DNA of 20,165 nt from a virus (lineage: Duplodnaviria; Heunggongvirae; Uroviricota; Caudoviricetes): IMG/VR virus record IMGVR_UViG_2648501150_000043, positions 1-20,165 of that record, one strand, 5' to 3'. Position numbers and translations under genes: made by a program. Positions 7,611 to 14,038 of the stretch are shown here, piece after piece; positions within the stretch are counted from its first letter, which is position 1, and every line of letters begins with the position of its first letter. The notes under the pieces were generated by a model. The model was not told the DNA's origin and ran no database searches. It saw only the letters and a program-made list of their open reading frames with translations.

Positions 7611-8200
7611 TCTTCACCACCATCCAGCTCTTTCACGCGACGGCGGGCCTTCGCCATGCGGTCGGCAATCGTTACTGTGCCGGAAACCTCCATGCGCTCT
7701 TTGAACGCATTGACGTCGACGTGCTTACCGATAAGCTCGAGGTTCTTCACCTTGTCAGGCCATTTGATTTTTTTGAGGATTGTTTCTATCGAATCCTCGT
7801 TCATATTCATGATGGTCGATGACAAATCGAAACCGCTCAGTGTAGTACGCCATATCTTTGGCCACTCGCGGATAGGCTTCAGTGTGCCGTCATCGTTCAG
7901 GATATCGATCACGTCCATCTGGTCAATTTCCACCAGGCGGAGCAGTACGTAGTCCGCACTGACGCGCAAACGCTTGTTACGCTCTTCCATCAGTTCGGCG
8001 ATCCGTTTCTGGATACGCTCATCACGCATCATGACACTGGCCTTGACTGCCGCCGTATTTGGCGAAAATCCTGCGTTAATCGCTGCCTGAGTCTGATTCT
8101 CAGGGCATTTGGTATATTCCTGCGCGTAAGCCTCCTGCATCGCTGTAATTGGCTTATACTGCGTTGATTTGCGTTTTGGTGCTTTTGGTTCTGCGGGCAT
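7607..8200 (-). CDS. terS: Terminase small subunit, P27/Terminase_2-like (about 197 aa from ATG 8200; the track ORF extends to 8248)
   Basis: Motif QEAYAQEY...TQAAINAGFSPNTAAVKAS typical of small terminase DNA-binding domain; GGTGG RBS 5 nt upstream of ATG at 8200; the longer 8248 start would add a hydrophobic junk peptide and cover the operator. Confidence 0.85.
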   Translation of the reverse strand: MPAEPKAPKRKSTQYKPITAMQEAYAQEYTKCPENQTQAAINAGFSPNTAAVKASVMMRDERIQKRIAELMEERNKRLRVSADYVLLRLVEIDQMDVIDILNDDGTLKPIREWPKIWRTTLSGFDLSSTIMNMNEDSIETILKKIKWPDKVKNLELIGKHVDVNAFKERMEVSGTVTIADRMAKARRRVKELDGGEE

Positions 8201-8219
8201 TGTTACCACCGAAGTAATA

Positions 8220-8236
8220 ATTACCGTTTTGGTAAT
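8220..8236. promoter_or_regulatory. Perfect 17-bp palindrome ATTACC-GTTTT-GGTAAT about 20 bp upstream of the terS start codon, flanked by further TTACC/GTAAT half-sites (8203-8243)
   Basis: Exact inverted repeat; sits between a minus-strand terminator and terS RBS. Confidence 0.5.
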
Positions 8237-8240
8237 AGTA

Positions 8241-8272
8241 ACACGCAAAACAAAGCCGCCATAGTCGGCGGC
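8241..8272 (-). terminator. Hairpin GCCGCC-ATAGTC-GGCGGC with T-rich tract (TTTGTTTTG) on the minus strand; intrinsic terminator or possibly part of a packaging (cos-like) site
   Basis: 6-bp GC stem and T-run read on minus strand; location between upstream early genes and terS. Confidence 0.4.
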
Positions 8273-8303
8273 CTTTGCAATTTATTGTCTCTATCGTGAC
8301 ATG

Positions 8304-8642
8304 TCACACCGCTAGTTTAGTATCATGCCAGCCACGCGTCACCCAGCATGCCGAATCACCATCACACGGACACGACTCAACTGGCAGCGCATCGCCACAT
8401 TTCCCGCAACGGTTAGAGCTGATTGACTTGATGCGCCCACGAACCCGCGCATCATCCTGGCGTATAAGCAACGCGATGTACTCGTTCATGTCATACGGCG
8501 CCCGACCAGGGCGACGGGCGGCGCAGTTTCTCGCCAGCATCTCCAGTTCCTGCTCGTCTAGTTGCAATTCCAGCTTGCGGTTACCAGATTCAGCCTGGCG
8601 GGCACGCTGCGCTGCTTTGCGCTCTGCTGCGGATTTAGCCAT
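8304..8642 (-). CDS. Hypothetical protein with basic N-terminus and C-terminal Cys-rich zinc-ribbon (CGKCG ... CPCDGDSAC), about 112 aa from ATG 8642
   Basis: ORF with internal ATG at 8642 preferred over 8690; last gene before terminase; stop codon overlaps GTGACATGTCAC palindrome. Confidence 0.5.
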   Translation of the reverse strand: MAKSAAERKAAQRARQAESGNRKLELQLDEQELEMLARNCAARRPGRAPYDMNEYIALLIRQDDARVRGRIKSISSNRCGKCGDALPVESCPCDGDSACWVTRGWHDTKLAV

Positions 8643-8727
8643 CACCAAATCCCCATTCCAGAGGCAGCAATTAACTGGCAGATAGCGCACATAGCCAGCG
8701 TAATAACAACCACTTTAACTGGCGGCA

Positions 8728-9435
8728 TCACTTATCCCCTTCTGACAGTTTTTGCATAGCTCCGGCGTAACGCTGCATCCCATGTTCAAGCGCTGATTTC
8801 ACCTCCTGCTGCGGTGCTGCTGGAAGTGGCATCCAGTGAGTTGGCGTCCATGATGCGCCATACACTGTCCATTTCCCTGCGAGCCAATAACCTACCTTCT
8901 TGCGCCAGTCACCAGGACCATCAAATTCTTTGGTGCATAAAACTTCTTCGCTTCCTTCAGGTATCCGCTCGCTTACCGGAATCCAACCATCCGGAGTCAC
9001 CGGAGAGTTGCCAGTCTGAAGCATGGCAGAGCAGCATGCGTTACCTCTGCGCTCATACTGAATTCCATGCACTGCTAGCACAGCCATCAACTTTTCTATC
9101 TGAACAACGATACCCTCACTGCTGATGAATTCATTCGGTAGTTTCACTACTGGCGATGACTGCGGTCTGGCGTAAAGCGGTATACTCCTATGACTTGGTA
9201 CTCTGTCTCCATCTGAAATTTGATACCAATCGCCTGGTTTCTCTGCGTAGAAGTAACCAACAGGATCAGCACCAAACGAAGCAATCGCTCCATCAATCAC
9301 CTTCACAGCATCAACCATTGCGTAGCCGAGATTACCGCCGTCGCTTTGTGCTGCTGCTTTACTGAGTATTTCGCTTATCTGGTGCAGGCGATCGAGTGAT
9401 ACAGGGCCGTTCGCCGGGTGGTTGTTAGTTGTCAT
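8728..9435 (-). CDS. DUF551 domain-containing phage protein (235 aa)
   Basis: C-terminal GWIPVSERIPE ... THWMPLP motif characteristic of DUF551 (recall); ATGA overlap with HNH gene. Confidence 0.7.
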   Translation of the reverse strand: MTTNNHPANGPVSLDRLHQISEILSKAAAQSDGGNLGYAMVDAVKVIDGAIASFGADPVGYFYAEKPGDWYQISDGDRVPSHRSIPLYARPQSSPVVKLPNEFISSEGIVVQIEKLMAVLAVHGIQYERRGNACCSAMLQTGNSPVTPDGWIPVSERIPEGSEEVLCTKEFDGPGDWRKKVGYWLAGKWTVYGASWTPTHWMPLPAAPQQEVKSALEHGMQRYAGAMQKLSEGDK

Positions 9436-9803
9436 GCTGACGCTCCTTCTTGATATTTTTCGAACCAGAACACCACTGGGTCAGATTTCATTTCAACCAA
9501 CCCCATACGAACTAGCGCTTTTCCTTTCCCGGACACAAGGAATTCACGACGACCATCACCGATAATTCGCCGGTAATCTTCCAGGCTACTGCAGTGTTTA
9601 TGCAGATTGCATGGGTGACAGGCCGGAACCATATTTGCCTCATTGTCGTTTTCTGCATGAATCATGCCGCCTCCGTTCATGTGCCTAAGAACTGGCTTTA
9701 CATGGTCTGCATGCCATTTATCTCCAAGCTCACACCCACAGTAAGCACAGCGACCGCCAAACTTCATGCGTAGCTCTGCACGTTGTTTTTTCGTCAGTGC
9801 CAT
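9432..9803 (-). CDS. HNH endonuclease (123 aa)
   Basis: CAYCGC ... HADHVKP ... N ... H ... CHPCN zinc/HNH motif pattern; typical terminase-proximal HNH of cos-type phages. Confidence 0.85.
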   Translation of the reverse strand: MALTKKQRAELRMKFGGRCAYCGCELGDKWHADHVKPVLRHMNGGGMIHAENDNEANMVPACHPCNLHKHCSSLEDYRRIIGDGRREFLVSGKGKALVRMGLVEMKSDPVVFWFEKYQEGASA

Positions 9804-9804
9804 C

Positions 9805-10122
9805 TCAATCCCCCTTCACGCCAATGCCAGCGGCGCGGATTGCTTCGATAACATCATTCGGGCGATAGATTTTCACGCCAGCGTAACTGTTCAGTGCTTC
9901 AGGAAGATTGACCGTCCGAGATTCCAGCTCCCTGCACTTGCTCTCGGCGTTAGCGAGCTGTACTGCCATGCTGGTTGAGCGAACATGCTGCACTTCAAGT
10001 TGTGTAGCCAGATCGCTAATCAGTTGCGCCATGCTGCGCACGTCGACAGCACCGCATGATGCTTTCAGTTCAGCCGCGCGCTCATGTCCTAACTTCGCTA
10101 ACTCAATGATATTGCTTCCCAT
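9805..10122 (-). CDS. Hypothetical protein (105 aa)
   Basis: ORF tightly packed between resolvase and HNH genes; no family recognised. Confidence 0.55.
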   Translation of the reverse strand: MGSNIIELAKLGHERAAELKASCGAVDVRSMAQLISDLATQLEVQHVRSTSMAVQLANAESKCRELESRTVNLPEALNSYAGVKIYRPNDVIEAIRAAGIGVKGD

Positions 10123-10178
10123 TATTACCCTCGCTTACCCGTATAAGTTATTGATTAGTTTGATAACTAAAAGGATCG

Positions 10179-10643
10179 TTATTTGATACCGATCCCGTGC
10201 CTGGCGATTAACAGCGCATCAGCTATGGCCTGACCTTTCGCTTTTGCATCCAGCGCCCTGAGTTCCGGGTAGAGCTGAATTGCTCTGCTGCGTGCCGCGT
10301 CCTTGTCACTTCCGATGAGACCGGCTGACTTCTTCCAGGCCTGCGGCGTTACCAGCGTGTACGGAATGTTGAGACCCTGCAGGATCCCCTCCGCTACCCC
10401 AGCGGCATGACCGAACGTGAACATGCTCGCCGTTCCCTGCCCTGGCATTGCGCCCACCTGCTCGAGGTATGCGTGCGTAATTCCGTACTTACGCAGCCAT
10501 GCAGCCACCGCTGCGCCGTTGACTCTGGACTTTGTCCCAACCTTGATGGTCGGCATTGCCAGGTGGTCGATGTATCCGCCCTGCTCAGTTATCAGGACCA
10601 GAGATCCGCTGCATCCTGGGTCAATCCCTAATACTGCCGCCAT
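10179..10643 (-). CDS. RuvC-like Holliday junction resolvase (154 aa)
   Basis: N-terminal LGIDPG, central EQV, C-terminal DAADALLIA..H motifs matching RuvC-family catalytic residues (recall). Confidence 0.8.
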   Translation of the reverse strand: MAAVLGIDPGCSGSLVLITEQGGYIDHLAMPTIKVGTKSRVNGAAVAAWLRKYGITHAYLEQVGAMPGQGTASMFTFGHAAGVAEGILQGLNIPYTLVTPQAWKKSAGLIGSDKDAARSRAIQLYPELRALDAKAKGQAIADALLIARHGIGIK

Positions 10644-10707
10644 GATTTACCTCTCAGGTAATTTAAAACCACAAATGGGTTAATTTCAATAGCAATGCGC
10701 ATATTTT

Positions 10708-10724
10708 ATTACCCTTTTGGTAAT
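10708..10724. promoter_or_regulatory. Perfect 17-bp palindrome ATTACC-CTTTT-GGTAAT between the P-like gene and the resolvase gene; a degenerate copy (TTACC-N6-GGTAAT, 10646-10662) abuts the resolvase start codon
   Basis: Exact inverted repeat in intergenic region 10644-10760; weak hairpin plus T-run on minus strand at 10741-10756 just upstream. Confidence 0.5.
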
Positions 10725-10760
10725 TCATTGGATGTAAAAAAATGCGCTACTGCGCTGGTA

Positions 10761-11546
10761 TTACTTGATGAGTCCTGCTGCCTTCCCTCGCCTGCATTCC
10801 TCCATGAGCCACTGTGCAGGCGTTATCCCTCCCAGGGTGGCTGCGTTCGGCATGCATCCGAAACTTCGCCCTGGTGGATGGTAGGCGTTACCTGAGCCTG
10901 TCTGTGGTGTGCTCATTGGCTCTGGCTTGGCTTGTATGCTGAGTATCGGATCTGGAATCTGGTGACCGGATGCCACTTTTGCCGACCATTCATCCAGCAG
11001 CTTGCGAGCATGCTTCTCAACTTCAGCCTCACTCAGCTGGCGCTGATACATCGCCCTCCGGGTATCACACACAATCCAGTACATGACCGGGTGACGCCAC
11101 GGGAATCTCTCGGGCCCACCAGGCTGGAGGCTTTTCTCTTTGGCGTAACGGTGAAACTCCCCCATCACGTCATCAATGCTGATCCCCAGAACCATCTTGC
11201 TGTCTTTGCACCACTTGATGAATTGCCCAGGTGAAGGCCAGAACGGTGATTCACTGGCACGGGCATGTCGCATCCCTGCCGATACCTGCTCACGGGTACG
11301 GATGCCACCTTCGGCGAATGCAGCGATCCACTGTTGCTTTGCTGCTGTCTCCTGCGCCGGAGTCTTCAGGTTGGTCTGCTCAGCTGCCGGGAATAGCTGC
11401 TTAAGCTGTTTAAACAGGGCATCTACAAGGCGCTCTGCCGTGATGTTCACAACGTTGTCGCTGCCTGCATATTGACGGTCTGAACCGGTTAAGCTGGCCA
11501 TAGCCTCACCGTCTCGGTTCTGGATGGCGGTAAATACGTTATTCAC
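10761..11546 (-). CDS. Replication protein P-like helicase loader (about 261 aa from GTG 11546; alternative starts GTG 11561 or ATG 11501)
   Basis: Segment GGIRTREQVSAGMRHARASESPFWPSPGQFIKWCKD closely parallels lambda P (NGITTMEQVNAGMRVARRQNRPFLPSPGQFVAWCRE, from memory); GTGA overlap with O-like stop and GGGAGGA RBS. Confidence 0.8.
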   Translation of the reverse strand: MNNVFTAIQNRDGEAMASLTGSDRQYAGSDNVVNITAERLVDALFKQLKQLFPAAEQTNLKTPAQETAAKQQWIAAFAEGGIRTREQVSAGMRHARASESPFWPSPGQFIKWCKDSKMVLGISIDDVMGEFHRYAKEKSLQPGGPERFPWRHPVMYWIVCDTRRAMYQRQLSEAEVEKHARKLLDEWSAKVASGHQIPDPILSIQAKPEPMSTPQTGSGNAYHPPGRSFGCMPNAATLGGITPAQWLMEECRRGKAAGLIK

Positions 11547-12313
11547 AGGAAATCCTCCCACGCCTCTGGACTGTTCCAGTGCGGTACGTTGTTTTCAGGT
11601 GAGGTAAGTTTGTTCTGTCTGCTGATCTGCAGACGTCTGGCAAGTTTTTGCTCCCATTGCGCATGGTGGAAAGCCTTACCCTCGGCCATCCAGTAAACCC
11701 TGAACTCTGCAAGCTCCTGTGGCGTTGGCTGGCAATCCAGGTTAATGCCCTGCAATGAAGACACCCGGAGGAAATCATCCGATGGTGACCAGTGCTCATG
11801 CATGACAAATTTCCCGAATTGCCCCAGTCCACCAGGAGGGACAAAGTTGTTAATCACGGCGTTGTTAGCGTCAGTCCTCTGAGGCACTAAACCCCCAGTT
11901 TTATCGCCCCTCTCCTTCTCTTGGTTATATGACTGGTTAACTGATAGGTTCTGCATCCCGTTTTTGGGATCATTCAACTTCCCGTTTTTGGGATCATTCA
12001 ACTTCCCGTTTTTGGGTATATTCCCAATATTGGTAACATTACCGTTTTTGGGTATGTTTAAAGAGAAAACCCGGCCCCTTCTTGTTGCCCCTTTTCTTTC
12101 TCCTGTATCTGAAATTAGCCCCATTCCGATGAGCGAAATAAGACCAGCCTGAACTGTTTTTTTATTCAGGCTTGTGTCGGTAACCAGGCGTTCGATGCTT
12201 GGATAGCACAGGTTGTATTCATCGGCTCGATCAGCCATCGAGAGCAGGATGAGTTTCAGTGATGAGCTGCCCGGATTTGTTTTCCATGCCCACTCTGTTG
12301 CGTATCTGCTCAT
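11543..12313 (-). CDS. Replication initiator, lambda O-like (256 aa), N-terminal winged-helix DNA-binding domain
   Basis: Position immediately upstream of P-like gene; iterons located inside the coding sequence (encoding repeated PKNGKLND); N-terminal HTH-like region. Confidence 0.75.
   Translation of the reverse strand: MSRYATEWAWKTNPGSSSLKLILLSMADRADEYNLCYPSIERLVTDTSLNKKTVQAGLISLIGMGLISDTGERKGATRRGRVFSLNIPKNGNVTNIGNIPKNGKLNDPKNGKLNDPKNGMQNLSVNQSYNQEKERGDKTGGLVPQRTDANNAVINNFVPPGGLGQFGKFVMHEHWSPSDDFLRVSSLQGINLDCQPTPQELAEFRVYWMAEGKAFHHAQWEQKLARRLQISRQNKLTSPENNVPHWNSPEAWEDFL
11957..12056. repeat. Origin-like iteron array: four direct repeats with core CCGTTTTTGGG (two identical 24-bp copies CCCGTTTTTGGGATCATTCAACTT at 11957-11980 and 11981-12004, variants at 12005 and 12042) followed by AT-rich DNA (11900-11956)
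   Basis: Repeats read directly; located inside initiator gene, as for ori-lambda. Confidence 0.7.
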
Positions 12314-12328
12314 GGTAAATACCTGTCG

Positions 12329-12529
12329 TCAGCTTGAGTGTTGCAGGCTGGCTTCGGCCATGAGCTGCTTTATTTCTGCCTGGCGGCGCAGGCTCGTGTT
12401 GATGGCGCATGTAACGCAGTGCCCGTTGTAAACGTAGCGCTCACTGTCATGACCATGCTTACACTGTTTTCCGGTGTAATAACGCTTAAGACCTGCCTTT
12501 GCAGCGTCAAGGCGAGTAATAATCTCCAT
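12329..12529 (-). CDS. Hypothetical small Cys/His-rich (zinc-binding?) protein, 66 aa
   Basis: ORF with GAGG RBS between Cro-like gene and O-like gene; C-x-H-x-H ... C-x2-C pattern. Confidence 0.5.
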   Translation of the reverse strand: MEIITRLDAAKAGLKRYYTGKQCKHGHDSERYVYNGHCVTCAINTSLRRQAEIKQLMAEASLQHSS

Positions 12530-12677
12530 TGCACAACCTCATTAACGTTTACTATTACGATGATTTTGATGCAGGAAGAAAAAAAGATCAACCGTATATG
12601 GTTTTTTATTACCGAAAAGGTGTTTTATGCAGGAAGGAGCCGCCAGGTAATGACGGCATTGATGGGTTCAGGGAGGG

Positions 12678-12911
12678 TTATCGGTCGTAGAAGAAGAGCA
12701 CTAATTCAGGTTTAGACTTTGTCCATTCGCGGGAGCGACATGCTTTAAACAGCCCGTCCATCAGTCGCTTACCCGGCATCTTGCGGCGCCCGGTCAGGTG
12801 AGTCTGGATGTAATGACTGGTGGTTCCGGCTTCATCTGCAAATGCTTCACGCTCATCAGGAGACAGTCCCAGCCAGTGCTTTTTGAAATCAAATTTTTTT
12901 TCGTCACTCAT
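12678..12911 (-). CDS. Cro/cII-like HTH transcriptional regulator (77 aa), first gene of the rightward early operon
   Basis: Divergent from repressor gene across operator cluster; HTH-like segment AFADEAGTTSHYIQTHLTG; size typical of Cro. Confidence 0.55.
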   Translation of the reverse strand: MSDEKKFDFKKHWLGLSPDEREAFADEAGTTSHYIQTHLTGRRKMPGKRLMDGLFKACRSREWTKSKPELVLFFYDR

Positions 12912-12945
12912 ATTTTGCTTATCTCAGCCTGTCTATTCATATCTG

Positions 12946-13013
12946 AATTATTACCTTTCTGGTGAAAAAATCAATGATTATTACCGTTATGGTAACTTTA
13001 CCTTTATGGTAAT
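12946..13013. promoter_or_regulatory. OR-like control region: three ATTACC-N5-GGTAAT-type sites (12950-12966 imperfect, 12980-12996, 12997-13013) overlapping a minus-strand promoter (-35 TTGATT at 12974-12969, 17-bp spacer, -10 ATAATT at 12951-12946)
   Basis: Palindromes and hexamers read from sequence in the divergent intergenic region between Cro-like and cI-like genes. Confidence 0.6.
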
Positions 13014-13066
13014 ATTCATTTAAATTTAGTCAGTTAGGTAACATTAAATGGACAAATACAATAGCT

Positions 13067-13663
13067 ATGAAAAGTATTTATGACATAAGACGCAAAAACC
13101 TTAACGAAATCATTCGCCGGGATTTCGATGATACCCAGTTGCGCTTTGCCGAACGTGTGAAGCGTTCGCAGAACCTGGTCAACAGGTGGTGCACTGGCAT
13201 CAAAAACATCGGACCAAATGCAGCGCGTATCATTGAGGAAGCAGCGCGCAAAGAAAAGTTCTGGCTTGATGTCGATCACGAACTGGACGCGGTACAGGCT
13301 GATATCTTTATTCCGGCCACTGATGATGGCGAATGGACTGTAGAGAAGCAGGCTGCAGCCACGCTCAATGCCTGGATGAGAAAGAACACGGAAATGACAT
13401 CAGAAAAGAAAGTTGCTGTAGCAGCTGGTATTGGCCCGGCCACAGTTAACCGGATTATGAAAGCGGAAGTCAGCACAACTATCGGCGTTCTTTCCTCCCT
13501 GGCGCGCGCGTTCGGGCATGAAGCATACGAGATGATTATTCCCGTCGGCGCTCCTGGTGTTATCGACTACGACCACAGGTTGTATGCAGCTCTGCCTCAG
13601 GAAGAGAAAAACAAGATCACCTCATTCATTAACTTCGTGTTTGAGCAGAACAAAAGCAAGTAA
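13067..13663 (+). CDS. cI-like prophage repressor with two HTH-type regions and no LexA/S24 autocleavage domain (198 aa)
   Basis: Flanked on both sides by triplets of the same palindrome; divergent from Cro-like gene; HTH-like segments at N-terminus and around residues 120-150; no Ala-Gly/Ser-Lys protease signature seen; possible -10 TACAAT at 13057-13062 only 4 nt before ATG (leaderless-like). Confidence 0.65.
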   Translation: MKSIYDIRRKNLNEIIRRDFDDTQLRFAERVKRSQNLVNRWCTGIKNIGPNAARIIEEAARKEKFWLDVDHELDAVQADIFIPATDDGEWTVEKQAAATLNAWMRKNTEMTSEKKVAVAAGIGPATVNRIMKAEVSTTIGVLSSLARAFGHEAYEMIIPVGAPGVIDYDHRLYAALPQEEKNKITSFINFVFEQNKSK

Positions 13664-13730
13664 TCCCCCGCCATTCTGACGCTTTACCTGCCCGATGGCG
13701 GTAAGCTCGCGCCTCACGCAATTACCAAAA

Positions 13731-13876
13731 CGGTAATTTTTTTCTCGTCATACCTATTGACACAATCACTTTTTGATCTGATTATTACCCAAAAGGTAAT
13801 ACATGAGCGCATCGCTCAGGCAGAAACCACCACTTCGTGGTTTTCCTGCATCTCCAGGTATTACCAAAATGGTAAT
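13731..13876. promoter_or_regulatory. OL-like control region: three perfect ATTACC-N5-GGTAAT sites (13731-13747, 13794-13810, 13860-13876) with a plus-strand promoter (-35 TTGACA 13767-13772, 17-bp spacer, -10 GATTAT 13790-13795) overlapping the middle site
   Basis: Exact palindromes and consensus -35 read from sequence; regular 63-66 bp centre spacing. Confidence 0.6.
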
Positions 13877-13888
13877 AGAGAGGTTCGT

Positions 13889-14038
13889 ATGCAGTGGAAA
13901 GTCATCAATGGTTGGTACTGCGTTACAGCTTGCGGGCTGATGAGCTGGAAGTTCCGCACGCTGGGTGAAGCAATGAACTGGGTATTCGTCAGCAAGCTGG
14001 CGGTAAAAACGGAAATGGATATGGGGGTGAGTAAGTGA
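13889..14038 (+). CDS. Hypothetical small protein (49 aa), first ORF of the leftward early operon
   Basis: ATG at 13889 with AGAGAGG RBS 6 nt upstream, located just after last operator; the longer track ORF (13757) would span the operators and promoter. Confidence 0.4.
   Translation: MQWKVINGWYCVTACGLMSWKFRTLGEAMNWVFVSKLAVKTEMDMGVSK

Noticed and set aside
6630-7952. 440-aa plus-strand ORF spanning the terminase genes
   Set aside because: Antisense to terL/terS, whose translations carry clear terminase motifs; the antisense product is Arg/His/Pro-rich junk with no start context. Treated as a reading-frame shadow.
8201-8690. Longer N-terminal extensions for terS (start 8248) and the zinc-ribbon gene (start 8690)
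   Set aside because: The extensions encode hydrophobic or odd peptides and overlap regulatory palindromes; internal ATGs at 8200 and 8642 have better RBS context.
11964-12152. 62-aa plus-strand ORF MGSFNFPFLGSFNFPFLG...
   Set aside because: Translation artefact of the iteron direct repeats on the strand opposite the O-like gene.
8304-12911. Q antiterminator and holin/endolysin/spanin lysis cassette between replication and terminase genes
   Set aside because: No ORF here has holin-like dual transmembrane segments, lysozyme motifs or Q-like features; the lysis genes presumably lie outside the window.
13757-14038. 93-aa ORF starting at 13757
   Set aside because: The long form would be translated across the promoter and two operator palindromes; the internal ATG at 13889 has a proper RBS and lies downstream of the last operator.
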